A stretch of 58,208 nt of DNA, counting the filler, from Bipalium vagum (lineage: Eukaryota): NCBI GenBank assembly GCA_037834085.1. It is 3 parts of 3 records of this genome, joined end to end, with 100 filler letters (N's around TTAATTAATTAA, not from the genome) between each part and the next. Parts side by side here need not be neighbours in the genome. Positions count along the whole stretch, not along the records: positions 34,004 to 58,208 come from JBBMKC010202161.1; 2 more parts are not named here. One strand, 5' to 3'. This document shows, one piece after another, positions 38,306 to 53,700 of the stretch. Each line of letters starts with the position of its first letter. Within the stretch, counting starts at the first letter, position 1. Made by a program: the position numbers and the translations under genes. Under the pieces are notes generated by a model that saw only the letters and a list, made by a program, of their open reading frames with translations, ran no database searches and was not told the DNA's origin.

Positions 38306-38663
38306 GTTGTGGGAACATTTTTTGGTCGAACGAGCAAATTGGTTATGTCAAATAATAAATCTATAGATTGGGCAAATGACAAAAATGTTGCGCCCCCGGA
38401 TACTCCAGCATGTGGTTTTGAAGACACCGAATGTGGTAAGGTTTACACTAATAACACTTGAAGCTTCCACTTAACCCAAGTGTTAACATCAAATAGCTTA
38501 AATAAATATTTTATCTACCACATATCGGCTTTTTTAAACAGGTTTAATAAAAAAACCATGGAATTTAAAAAATTTATTTCATAATCTGTAAAGCACAATA
38601 AATAATTATTATTTTCAATTTTTATTACTTAAAACCCTTTTAAAAATATAAAATAAAATTTAA

Positions 38664-38704
<41 letters not shown>

Positions 38705-41700
38705 TATTATTATTATCATGAACCAAAAAAAAACCTATCTTCGATTTTGCTTTTTTTAATTTCTTCCACAGTAAAAGGCATTCTGTATAAAGTAAACCTA
38801 CAAAGCTTAATTTAGTTTTATTTTTAGATAATGTTCTAGTTTCATTTTGATATTTTCACTAATAATTTGTATTGATTACTTTTTATTTATTTTTTTACAG
38901 CTTCTACCAGTCCTTGGGTTGTTGCAGTTCTGTCAGTGATATTCATCACAACCGCATTGAGTATTGGAGTATTAATTTACGTTAGGTATGTCATATTTCT
39001 GTCCATTCTCTTACATTTTGCTGTCTTTTGATTTATTTATTAATTATATTATATTATTTATATTTATATTTATATTATTTATATTTATATCACATAATAT
39101 AAATTTAAAAAGTGACAGTGGTACATTCTACATTTCAAAATTAATTTTAAATGGTCTCATTAATTAAATAAATTTCAAAATATTTTTTGACTTAAAAAAC
39201 GACAGAAAAATAAAATCAATTATTTTTTTGAAATAGTTTTTTAATAACATTTTCCAAATTTATTGTCTGGTTATTTAAAGGATTTATGTCAAGGAAGAAC
39301 AGAAAAACTTTGACATTAATATAAAACACTTATAATTAATATATTTTGTCGTGTCTTTTTATTAATTAAAACTTTTTAAAATATAAAAATGATTTTTTAA
39401 TTTTATTTATAAAATATTAACGGAAAATAAATTTTTATTGTGTAATATTTCAAATTTTTCTCTTTGTTTATATATAAACTGTAAAAGATACATTATTCAA
39501 AATAATATTCATTCCTTGCAATTTTTTTCTTTCATTTTTGAGAAATCAGATGAATTCAAAAAAAATTGCATCATAACATCTGATTTATACTGTGAACAAT
39601 TCCTCCCTCCAGGAAGCACTCATTAAGAAACAGCTTTGTTTGATCCATAGAAAGAAATACCTTTTTACAGGACAATGGTAGACCACGTACCGGGAAACTA
39701 ATCTGTTAAATAATTTCTAAGCTTGAATAAAAAATTGTAGACAAAACTCCTATAATCTCCTGACATTTAGCCAAGTGATTTAGCACCTTTGCTTAGGTCT
39801 TGACAACTTTATGAATCCTATACAGTTCACATTTGTGTTGACATAATACATAATCAATTTTTTTATCCAATATCCGTGAATTTCTATAGAAAGGGCATGA
39901 TACAGATGACAAAACTTCGCATCACCTTTGCAACACGTCATTAAGTGTTTTGGCAACTATTTCGATGAATAAAAATGTTACTTTTTTTATATGGATAGGT
40001 AATAGTTTAGATAATTGGTTTTGATGAATTTAATTGCTCAACATTAAGTGCACTATTGACAAAACCGATATTAGGCCAAAGAAAGTCGAATGAATATTTT
40101 AATAAGAATAAAAAGAATTTGTCACTGAACATACCATTCCCATGACTATTAAAATCGATTTATCAATGATCGACATCCATTTTATAATGATGAAGCGTTA
40201 TTTTAATTTTTATTATAGGTATTCATCAATGTGCTACCTGTTTTTAGTTTTTAAATCGTTTCTTTTATCCAAAATGTTTTTATTTTCCGCAGAGAAACTA
40301 AGAAGAGTTCAAGATAATATTAGCGGCCCCATTTGTTCATATAACCCATGAAAAGTATTCTGAATAGTACTTTTCTATATAAATCTCTTTGATATAAAGA
40401 ATACTGCAGGAATTTGCAGAGAAACATGTGGGAGAAGAACACGAAGTACTTAGATTCTACCAGAAATATTGTAGATATAAAACTATATACATAAAATAAT
40501 AAAGATACACAGTACGTAATTCTTAAAACACTTCTGCTGTATCAATGATATTTGGACATTTGATATCTTTATATAACATTCAGTGTTGCACTTAGATTTC
40601 ATAAATTGTTATCTGATGTGGACATTTGAAGTTAAGGTTCCCGAAAAATAACACTGGCGAGATGCTTAACTGTTGCAGAAAATATATATTTTCTTTGATT
40701 GAGAAATGTCCAAGTACGATGATTACAGCAGTGCTGTTTTAAGAATGATGGTTCATTGCTTATCCTTCGCGATTGTCAAAAGTCAAAAGATTGGATTGAG
40801 ATAAAAGGAGGGAATGTGCTAAAATTTCCTCAACAAAGTTCGAATTTAAATTCGATAGAAAATCTATGGTTTCAATTGAAAAGACTGCTGAAGAAGTCTT
40901 TCATGCATTATTAAGGTATTATTATTTGAATAAAATAAAATTTTATTTTTTTTGGTAAAAATGTAAATTAAATTATTTTAAATGAAGAATTTTTTATTTT
41001 TCTGTTAATTAAAAATATCTTTTAAAAACCGATTTTATTTATCAAAAATAAAAAAAGCAAAAATTAATTAAATTTACATTTAAATAAAATATTATTTTCT
41101 TGCAATATTGCAATTGGTATAACAAAAGTTCACGAATTACATAATATTTAGTTTTCATTTCATATATGAAAAATATAAAGGATTTTAAAAAATTTAAGAA
41201 TCAATACACCATTTGATTCTGTAAAACAAATCGATTAATTTGATATATACCACTTAACAATAAATTGTTAATGCAACAATAAAAATTAGCAAAACAAAAC
41301 CAATAAATAGTCTAAAGACTTTCCACCGACCCTAATATATTATATCTATAGAAAATTTCAGTTTAATCTCATTGCTCAAAATAAAAACAGAAATTATTCT
41401 TTGCAAGGAATGATGTATTGGTAAATGCAGCTCTTAGCAATATAATGCCTTCTGAATAGTAAAGACCATAACAAAGTTTGGGATTAATTGGCTTCATGAT
41501 CTTTTCACAATAATGGTTGTCAGAATCTTTCTAAGAATAATAGAAATCAAAATCACCAATGTATGACAACCAAAGTGAAGGCGACTGCTTTTGATGGGAA
41601 AATTGTCAGTCGTATATAGTTTTTCATTAAAATAAAATATACATATTATCAATTCGTCTGCAGCCTATTAGTGGATTTTATTATTTTTATATTAACCATG

Positions 41701-44700
41701 CTTATATTACTCGTATCTTCATAGGTATTATTTCCATTTTTATGAGATGACGATTAAAACAATTTTTATGAAAAAACCTTCTTCACAAATATGAGCGTTA
41801 TGAAAATGTCTTAGGTTTATTTGGAGATAGATTACTTCGTAGCAGAATTTCTCATTTTTACACAGAACAATATTTAAACATTCATAGAATGTGTAATTAT
41901 AAAAAGAGAAAATCAGAAGAAGAAAGACAAATTCAAAGTATATATTACGAAATTCTTCTAAATAATAAATAGTGAGCTGTTCACTTTTATAAATATTATC
42001 ATTGCGGAAAATCATAATTTGCAGAAAAACAAAGATAACAGAATATTTTATTATTATTCCGGATATTTATTTATTTTGAGAAAACTATCATATTATATAT
42101 TATATAATATAATATTTCATTTAATTTTGTTTATTTCAATTTGTAAGTGTTTCTTGTAAGTAATATTAAGTAAAGTAGAACAATGGCACAGAGTGGTTTG
42201 GAGTAACGAGTCACGTTTCACTTTTTTTCAAAGGGATGGAAGAATTTGGATGTGGAGGAGAGATAATGACAAATATATAGTTAAGTGCCAGCTGACAACT
42301 GTTAAACATTCGGGTGGGTCAGTTAAGTTATTGGATTTTAGTACTGCTAAAATCCTTGACCCTTTGGTAAAATGTAGTAATGAAGTCTGCAGAATACAAA
42401 TCCCTCCTTAATTAAAATATGTTACATTTTATAGATGATTTGGTAGAACCCATTTTCCAACATGTTCATTCACCTGTAGAATTATTGAAAGGTTCTTGCT
42501 GGAAACAAATATTTCAACCATTTAATGGATACAGAAAAGTCCAGATCTTAATCCCATTGAATGGCTTTGGGATGATGTGGAAAGGCGAATTCGACGAAAA
42601 CTTATAAAGCCTGCCTTTCTAGTTGATTTGGAACAATTAGTTTAGGAAGAATTACCCTCAAACATTCTGAAAAATAAATAAATTTGATAGAACGTCTCAC
42701 AGAATAAAAGCTGTCAGTTAGACAAAAGGTTATTCTACACCATATTAAATATTATTTTATGTACTATTCTATGTACCCTCTTTGTAAACTTCTATAAATA
42801 AATAAATGGTCCTGGAATTTTGTTTTGTTTATTATATAATTTTTTACTAGGTGGCCGAAGACTTTTGGCAGGGCAGTGAATATTTAGTTTAAAAGAATTA
42901 GTTACTTATAAATTTAGTTACTTATAAACTATTTAAGTAAAATAAGTTATTATGATACTTCTTCATTACATACGTATAAAATAATGTAAAATCAATTTTT
43001 AAGCAATATAATGGATAGGAAATTGTCAGAATTTCAAAGATATGTTGCAATCATATTTGAAAAATGAAAAATCGTGGTCAGAAATAGGTCGTGAATTAAA
43101 TGAGATTCTTAGAAAGAATAAGAAAAAGCAATATCTGCGGAAAAAATATGTGGAAACTGGATCTGTTCTAAATAAGGTAATTGTTGGCAGACCACATATC
43201 TTATCACCTCAAGCTTCGCGTGCTTTAAAACGCATTTGTCAAAGCAATCGCTTATTATCTGTAGATAAAATAACTTTTACGTATAACACTAACACTGCCA
43301 TACGTGTTTCTGTTTTAAAAATTCTCAAATTGAGAATTTATTCAGAATTCATTAAAAAACTAAATAAACATATGAAAATAGTTGCCTGGGCTTATAACAG
43401 TTGGAATGCAGTTAAATGGAAAGTTGTTGTATGTACTTAGTGCTTATTTCAATCATACTCTTCCTCAAGTAAATTATTGATTAGAAGAACCTCTCATGAA
43501 TCCTACATTTTGAAACATGGAGCACATCTACACACTATGGATGCTTCAATAATAATGGAGCTCGACTTTTAAAAAGAATCAATGGTAATATGAATGCCAA
43601 GAAATATCAAAAGGAGATTTTTCATGACATTAACTTTATTGGTAAATGTTTAGTCTTCCCAAAAAGCGTATTCAATTTTAAACGTGATTGGTTCAACCAT
43701 AATGTAACAAAAGCATCCTGTGTTTTTTAAAAATAAAAATATTGATTTCTTACCCTGGGCAGATTATTCTTCTGACACGAAACCCATCGAAAATTACTGG
43801 GTATGCTAAAAAGAAAACACAATTTCACACAACTTTTCTGTACAAAAATTACAAAAAAAAGATTATGTATAAAAATACTTTATACTCTATACTAAAAAGA
43901 TTGCGATTGGTCAAAACATCAAAAGGATATCCCACCAGATATTAAATATCTATTTAATAAATTTAGAGTTTGAACTTATTCATTTCCATTGAAAGTTACA
44001 TTTCTTATGGGGAAGTGAACAGACTTTTTAGGAGGACTGCAGTTTGTGTGAATTTTGAATTCACAGGAACTTGTGATACAACCTATTAATAATGTTTAAT
44101 GTGATAACGTGATAAACATCAGTGATGAATATAAAAACTTAATCCTTTCATTACTGAATTTCCGATTTTGTTTTATTTTCAAATAAAATGAGCAATATTG
44201 CTTTAAAGTATTTAAAAATAATATTTTATAATAATATTAAAAAAAATCCTGTTTTTTCAAGTCTCACTTCTTTTTCAAAATGATTTTTAACAATTTCATA
44301 AATGTACGCTTGTACCTCTTCACGACATTTACAAAAAAGAAATAATTAAATTTAAAAAGAAATATAATTCTTAATTTTTTTCGAGCAAGGTGGATAATAG
44401 ACGCTACATTAACAAATCTTTGGAAAAACACGACTGTTTTTCTTCTTTCATTGTATTAGGGATTACAGTAGTATTTCATTTATTACTTAGAATAAAAGGT
44501 ACAAAAAGGGTTTTGAATTCAACAAGTATATTGTCATTAGTGTTATATGTCACCAGTGTACAAATTATCCCAACACAAAACGATGAAAAGATGAATAAAT
44601 GAAATAATAATTCTTCTAAGATTATCAGCGAAAAAGTCACGGAAAATTAAACTTTAATTAATATGAGAAAGAAACCTATTAATGTTTGAAGTCGTCCATG

Positions 44701-47700
44701 AAATATTGAGATAAGCTCTTAGAACATATCTTTTCACATTTATAAGATCTCATGAGCGAGAGTTCAGAATGATAATTTCACAAAATAATCTCTTCAAACC
44801 ATGGCAAGGTCTACGACTCGGAAGTCATTTGTTTTCAATATAGATTTCCAGCTACTGTTTCATTTAGTCTTGTCGTAAATCGGTGTCATTATTAATACAA
44901 ATTAAAATTTAATTTTACTAAATAATTATTTTATAGTCTCTTCAAAATCGAAATTAAAAAATAAAATTTATTTATACAATTTTTTTTAATTAAATTTTTA
45001 AATAATTTAAGTCATAATATTCGTGAATATTAAAACAAATTGTTATATTTAATATTTAACTTTATTTAATATTTAAACTTATAATTTTAACTGTTGTGGC
45101 TGTAAAATGAATTTTATTATTATAAAATTTTAATTTTCTAAATTTTATGTGAATAATTAAGTAATTAAAATTAATTAAATGTTTTTTCACAATATTTAAA
45201 TTTTAATTCGTTTTTGTTTTCAAAACTGTCTCATATGACATAGAAAATGATTTTTGGTTATGATATTGAATAAAAGAAAAGTCAAACGGTAATATATTGT
45301 TTTGTTTTTAGAATATGATAATGAAGAAGTAACGAGATTTGATCCGATTTTTATTGAAATAATTTAATAAATTTTATTAATAAAGGTGTTAATTTCGAAT
45401 TTTCAGACAAATAATGTAAAGATTTTAACTTAAAACGTTTAACTGAATTTTTCTGAGAAATGAAACCGGGAATCTTATTTTGAAAAAATACGAAATATTT
45501 ATTTGATAAATGTTTTAATGAACTCAGAAACGAAACTAATTAAATTTAATAATTCCTTATAATTATTCAATTTAATTTGTTGAACCTTTCTCACCTTGAA
45601 AAAGTGAGTTATTTTCTCTAATTAAAGTAAAACTTTATATAAGAAAAATTCGTTCTTTGCCTTTTGGAATTATATGGATAAGTATAAATATAAATATAAA
45701 ATATAATTAAGATAATAAATTTTATTTATTAACACTTTTTTGACTAGTCTTGTCATTTTTTACTAAACTTTCAAAATTATAAAATAAAATAAGATAAAGA
45801 GAACATTGTATTTATTAAAATAGTCTTTGTCATTTTCAATGACAAGTCTCCATCACAAACAAGATTTTCTATTCCTGATTTATAAAATGCTGTGTTTTTA
45901 CTGTTGAAAACATTACTGAAGTTCTTTTTAACATCTCCAAAGAAACAATTTTTTGCTAGATAAATATCGATCTGAAAAATAACAATCGGAAGTTTCCATA
46001 TCTAGACTGTACAGTGAGTGTGAAAGACTTTCATATTTATCTATTTAAGTTTTTATTGTTTAATTTTGACGAAATGTAGTTTAGCATTACCATGTTGCAA
46101 TAAAACCCGGTTCTGGTTGCCAATGTTGAAAATTTCTCGGTTATTTTTCCTTAAATATAAGTAATTTAATGACCATAGAGTACCCAGACTACATTTTAAC
46201 CAGTCTGTAGCAGTTCATAATAGATAACAACATTCATTTCCCACTAATCCCACAAATGTAGTTTATTTCCTCTTCATTTAGACTTTATTGTTGATACTGA
46301 AACTTGACCATAAGAAAGTCGCTGTTATTTGGTCTTAGGATTGTCGCATATAACCTATACGTCAATACTAGTAACAATTCAATCCAGAGTAAGACGTTCT
46401 TGTATCTGGAAAGTAATGATGTGCAGATTGTTAATTGCATAGATTTTAAGAAATTTATCATTTGATTAGGGAACCAATTTCAGACTTCGCTAGTTTTATC
46501 AATTTTCATTTGATGATGGGATATTGTCACTACATCTAAGTCCGTTACAGCCTTCATCTTAATCTATATTTACTTCGAATCTTTCTCATTTAATTTCTCT
46601 AATCATTTTCCCTTGAAATCAGAATGAAAACTGGAGAGTGGCTGTTCATCTACATTAAAATTCACTTCTCTAAATTTGAAACACCATCCCTGATATTTTT
46701 TGACATCCAGGTCTTCATAATTTACCTGATAAATGCTGAAGTTATGTGTGCCTTCCCTGAATGATATCATCACAGAGGACAAAGTACCACAGTCTAAGCA
46801 AGATTTTCTACAGTAAAATTTGTCTGGTTAAAGGTGTTCAAAGAAAATACGGTATTCAACTAGTCATAATTTTGATCGATTTCTCTGAAAATGGATTGAG
46901 AATACAAAATTCACAAGTTATGCCAAAGACAAGGAAGCTGGGTCCGATGGATAAACTGTTCAGATTTTATTATCTGTATCACAATGTGTCAATGTACACC
47001 AGTCCTGTTTCCATATTAAATATTGTAGCATACGGCTTTGAAATGTTAAAACACTCCATAGAACCTTGATCTTGCTCCTTCTGACTTTTATTTGTTTAAT
47101 CACTTTAAAAAGAATCTAAAGATATACTTAGACAGATTACCAAATAACAAGATCTTCGTCGTGGTATTTATGAATTCTATAAGGCCTATCCTCAAGATTT
47201 CAATAATAAAGCTTTCCTGGATTTCACATCGCGCTGAAAGGTGTATGAAATTGCAATGAAATTATTTTGAGAAAAAGATTCTATTTTGCTTGCATGTTTT
47301 CTTTTGGAAATCTAAGTTTATTATGTCTTTCTACACGATTGGAAATATCCCTGATTGCTCCACGTATAACCTAATGAAGTCCAAAGAATGAAAACGTTTT
47401 AAAGAAAGGAATAAATTGTTCTTCTGATAACTTTAGAGTATAAAAACAAAAGTATAAATATTACAGTTGACATTATGCTGTACTTCACCTAGTGTGACTT
47501 ATTCTTAGTATTTCAATAGCATTATATAATATTAGAAATCCGTGTAAAGTTAATTAAGAGACAACCGAGAGTCTGAAAGGTTAATTCGGTCTAACAATCG
47601 CAACAGTTGCAAGAATACCTCATTCAAGCCTTGAACCGTACCGTTCATAAGAAAAATAAATAAAACCGTTGAAATATAAAGTGTGAACGTTGATTGATTA

Positions 47701-50700
47701 TTAATTGATTGCAATTAAATATGATGTCTAGATTCACATCTCCGACGTTGCATTTGTCATATATTTATAAATTTATTATTAAAACAATGAAATTTAATTA
47801 TAATATTTACGGTCATTAACATATCACACAAAGTAGAATAAAACATTATCAAGAATCAAAGCACGGCAATATCTATGGAAAACATTTAATTAATTGATAT
47901 AATTTATTAAAGCCACATATATTTCCAAAGTAAACATATCGATTTATTTTTATTTTTGCATAATATTTATCTAATAAATCAAAAAATTATGAACTATTTC
48001 CTAATGTAATTTTGGTAAAAATCAATAGATACATATGGCCGTTTTGTAAAATTCCCAGCAGTTGGGAAATCTTTGAAAATTATTTTACCACAAACAAAAT
48101 GGAGCTGTACGTAATTTTACATTTTAAAAAATACCAAATTATAAAAATAAGATATTAATGAGAGAATTAACATTATTTATAAATACTATGATTATTTTGA
48201 TATGTTAGTAAAATAATAAATATTTATTATTTTGATAATTTAGTAATTTATGATATTATATATATATATATTATTTTACATATAACAAATATTATATTTT
48301 TAAATTATTTAATTATCATTAATTTATTTATTTATTATTTTTACTTATTTATCGTTTGTGAAAAATAACATATGTAATATATTTACATCTGGAATATTTT
48401 TTATATAATAACATTTATTTGTGTATGTAAGAAATAAATTTTAATTAATTTTATATAAAAAATAATTTATCAATAATTTAAAGAAAATTTTTTTAAGTAA
48501 TATATTAAATTTAATTCTTAATATAAAATAAATATTTTAAATAATTTTGAATAATTAAAATAAATTTATATAAAAATAAATAAAAAAATTAAATATAAAA
48601 ATAAATAATTAAATTAATCTTAATCACCAAATCAAAATCCACTAAACATTTCAAAAAGGCATTGTCTACAGACTCAGATCTCCTACATTCACCGAACTTA
48701 AAGGACAACACTAGTCATGTTTGTAACGAGGTATACAGTGTGTCTCAAAAATGTACACATACTTTAAATATAAATCTATAAGTAATTATAAGTCCTTATT
48801 ACTTTTTTATCGTTTGTTTAAATACTCCGATAACTGGTAAGAAATTACCACATTTTTAAACCTATAAATGTATTCTTAAAGGTTGAATAATGAAAGGTAG
48901 CAGCGAAAATGTATTATAAAAGAAAATAAAAAAAAATATAAAAACATAAAAGAAGTACAGACCCTGTTTAAGAATTAATTTCAGATAGATCCTTCAAAAA
49001 GACCAATAAAGGATAAATTTGAACAAGTAGCACAAAAGAAGAAAGTATGCTGAAATTATTTAATCGAACGCCACAAACATCTGTGAGACAAGCAAGTCTT
49101 GAGCTAGGAATCTCAAAAGATTCTGTTCACCGAACTTCGAAGAAGTTCATATGAAATGTTACAAACCGAGGTTAGTTCACACTATCAATTCTTTTGGGCC
49201 ACACTGTACACTGAAAGGTGCAGATCATTATATTCAGATTATTCGTCACAATTTAGGAAAATAAATAAAAAAACGTTATATTAAAAACTGAATGTAAATT
49301 ACATTTTTATGCAAATAAGAAGAAATGTTAGAAATTTTATTGATTATTTCGTAAAAATAATTCATTTGTAATAAAATAAAACGTGAATTTTTCTAATGAA
49401 TATTAATTTTTAGAAACACAATCTTCAAAAATTGTCTTTAATTATTCATAAAATTTCTTTGTAACCCTATTATTTTCAACATATTAAACATATTATAAAA
49501 TTAATAATTATAATCATATTTCTGTTATTATTATTGTCATCCTATTCAGATAATTTAATTAAAAATGATAAATTGTGAGATAGGAAAAGAATGCTTATTT
49601 TTCTCTCAGTCTACTATGAAGGGTAAAAGGATACCAATGGGTTATACCGGATGATTTCCACCTCTCGATGAGCACGGCCGATTATATTTCCCCATGTAAA
49701 TCTGTTTACAAAAACTCTTGTGCGATATATTCAATGTATATATAAACAAAACGTGGTAGAATTTTAAATAAAAAATGAGCTTTAATATCGCATGGATAAT
49801 ATTCACATCACGGGAGAATAATTTCTCCATGACTTCAGCGGAATTACTGAAATGAAAAGGAATAACAGCATCAAGACTCCCGTATTGTTATTCAGTAACA
49901 ATTCTTGCGTACTTAATTCATACCTCTGGAAACTCTCTTCATGCAGAAGATAACTGAGCTACCTCATGTCCGTTGCGTCATAAAAATTGGAAATGGGATT
50001 TGAAGCTGACGTGATGCGGCTCGGTTTTCTAATATTTTGAGAACATTATCATATTGAGATAATTTTCCTTGAAACATATTTAGGATAATTGAGCCACGTT
50101 TCTTTCCAATGCAATTTTCTTTACCCTGTAACGTAATTCTTAATTCAATTTTACGGATTAATTTTATTTTTTAAATTTCTTATCTATCGCGGTCAGGCAA
50201 CTTTTCTCTCGCTGGTTTCTATTGAAAATAATTTCTAGACTATTTGTTTGTTTTAACTGTTCAATGTAATATGTAACCGAGTAAGGCACTTAGGACTGAA
50301 AGTAAATAACACTAAGATATTTGAATGTAAGAATATACAGTTCAAAGCATATATTGGCGAATAAGGCTACAGATGGAGGCAGAAAACGTTGAGCTGTTCT
50401 TATACTTTCACACCACATGAATTTGCGAATGTGCGACGTAAACATTATTGGTAACCCTCATAATATTCTACAATTACAATTGAAAAATTTTATAAAATAT
50501 AAAAATATTATCTAAAATATTTTTAAAATATTATTAATTTTTATATTGAAACGTCCGTGTCTCATCTCAGACACTTTCATAGCAAAGAATAATTTTTAGG
50601 ATACACATTTTTATATGAGATATTTTCATAAGATTGGAAACATGATAAATTACAATTACATCGTTCGATGGTCTATGAATATGAAAAGGTTGTGATCATT

Positions 50701-53700
50701 GGGAGCAAATATGAGGTATTGCTCATTTATCTGGATGTACCATTTTTAGATCATTATAAAGTGGTTAGTTCAATTTTCTTATGACAGCTATAATCTGAAA
50801 GGTCAGCCTTATTATAGATTGAGACGACGTTTCTTGCTATTTATTAGAAAAAAGTTGTCAGTCTTCCTGCTTGATGCATTTTCAAGCTTCTAACATTAAT
50901 TTAAAAATGAAGCTAAATGGAATATGAGAGATTTTTCAAACCCTTTAGTAACATAAAATGAAAAGTTCATTCTGGGTAGGTAACAAATAGTTAAAGTTTA
51001 AAGAAACCTGGAAACATAGATTAAAACTCCGAATCAGGTCACTAAGGTAATTAACATAAAATGTAGGCGTCGATTAATCCTGTTTAAAAATAAAATATAA
51101 ATTATCTTAATTATTTATGTGAAATAATGTGTTGAATTTCATTGTCCTTTCATCATGGTAAACAGTTAAACTTTTAATTCCATACATAATTGTTCAGAAA
51201 CACATATCTTTTATTAATAAGAAAGAAAACATATTTCATAACAAACTGCTGGACCTGCTGGATTCTGAATGGAAAGTCAATATACATGAACCATTTTATT
51301 CAGACATTGGATCTTTGTATTCTAATTTTTAAAGGTCTTGAAAAAAATTGTTTTAAATTTGATAAAACTGTGTATTTTATGGAATAAGTAGGAGAAACCG
51401 AGGAGATTGAAGCAAAATAGAAAGTCATTGGGGGTTGGGAGCCTGTAAATATGTATTTTTTTAAAAATAAAATTATTTTTTATAAAATGGTAAAGGAACT
51501 TTTGAAATGATCTAATATTTGAACATATGGTGTTTTTTGCTGAACTTTTATAAATTTTTAAATTACACAAGTCTACATAATTTTTATACCCAAGATATAA
51601 ATTTACCTTGTGTAACTTGATGCGTAGATCTCAAGTATCTAAAGAGTTATTTTCTATCAGAATAGGTTTTTTTAAAAATAGATAAAAGTTGTGCAATGAA
51701 TACGGAATTTTTTTTCAAAAATTGTCTTTTCTAAACATTTCTATCATTAAAAAATTTCAGTTCTCCTTGTTTAAATAATTACTCTAAATAGCTTATTTTT
51801 AAATTATATTAATAAGTGTAAAAAAATAGTAAAACTGTAAGTTTATTTTAATAGGAATATGTGACTTGAAGTGTAGATATTTGAAATTAAGATATACCAT
51901 AAAAAAGTAAATGTATCAGCCATTCTAATTTCTTTTGTGACATATGCAATTGGGCGATCAACATAAATCAAGGGTCCCACATTTAGTATGTTCAACACGC
52001 ATCTTCTAATTTAAAAAATGGAGAAAAGGTAATATGATAGGCTTACTATTTGGGATTCCAATGATATGAAATCATCATATCGATGGAAAACATCATATCG
52101 ATGATTTTTACTTTTTCATGTCCAACATTAAAGAGTTTAATAAGAAGAACAAGAAATCCATAATATATTCAAATCTGCGTTCGGCTATAAGACCCGTTAC
52201 ACACTGTGCAGAAATAACAATTCCGCATTCATTGAATGTGGAGAATTCAAAAAACTCTAACAGTGAGGTTTCAGATTTTGGAGATGTCATTGGCGAAGAT
52301 GACCAGTTTATAACACGTGGAGAAAACTTTCCAAGATTATTTACCCAAAATGAACTAATTGATCTAGTTAGAGATTAATATTTATACGCGGAAAGTGCTC
52401 AGGTTTTGAGTTCACAATTAAAGACGAAAAATGTGCTAGCAAATGGTACATTCTTTTCATGGTTTGGAAATTGAGAAAAGCAGTACCTGAAATGAAAGCA
52501 AAAGGAAATGATTTATTATATTGTTGTGATGTGAGTAAATTACTTACATCTTTCGGGAAAAGTTACAGGAGTGAAGATTGGAGAATTTTTATTGACAGTT
52601 CAAAAAAATCTTTGAAAGCTGTGTTGCTGCATAATGGAAATGGATTAGGTTCTATATCTGTGGCTTACTCATATAGGCCGGAGGAAAATTATGAAAACTT
52701 CAAATATATTTTGGAAGATCTAAAGTACAACGTGCATAATTGGTTAATATGCAGTGATTTCAAGGAAATATGTATCGATTTTTCTAGGACAACAAGGTGA
52801 AAACAAAACATATTTTCGCTTTCTTTGTGCATAGGAGATATCATTGGGAGATAAATGAATAGACAGCCAGAAATGATTATAACCTTGGGTCGAAAAATAT
52901 TGTAAATGAATCTTTAGTTGGATCACGAATCAATTTATAAAAGTTTTAGGTTAAACCTGCGCTTGCTTCGTATATATCTGCGAAGCTTTTCCAAACTTTT
53001 CTATTGAAAAAAAGAGGCTGATATTTTCACAGGAAGAGTTATAAAGAATCTTATAAATGATTCCAACTTCATTAAAAAGTTGAAAAATTCAGAAAAGAAT
53101 ACTTGGACAACTTTCAAAAATATTTCTGAAAATATTTTACGTAACGAGAAAGCTACCAATTATAAGGAATTAATAGGAATATTGTTTGGGGAAATTAAAA
53201 CGTTTGACTTTAATATGAGTCTTAAATTGCAATTTTTACACAGACACTTGAACTATTTCTCGAACAATCTTGATGCTTAAAGTGAAGAACAAAACGAAAG
53301 GTTTCACCAAGACCTTATGTATATGCAAAAAAGATGCCAAAGGAAGTGGGACGTAACCATGCTTGCCGATTATTATTACACAATATTAACTTATATTCAG
53401 TGTATTCTTTTGGATGACACCAAATATTCTAAAAGAAATATATATTACTTTTATTAAAAACCCTGAAGTTCCATATACCAATAAACATTTATATTAATAT
53501 TTTTTCTAATTTATGACTTATAATGCTTATATTCTTTTGTACCTCAAATAAGATACAGAAATGGTTAAATAGGTGATTACAATATTATTTTCGGTTATTT
53601 TTTATCATTAGGTTAATAAATTTGGGAGAAAATATTAAATGATATTAATACTATTGGAATGTTCAGAAAGTCACGTGGGTTTTTTATACCTATCTTAAAA

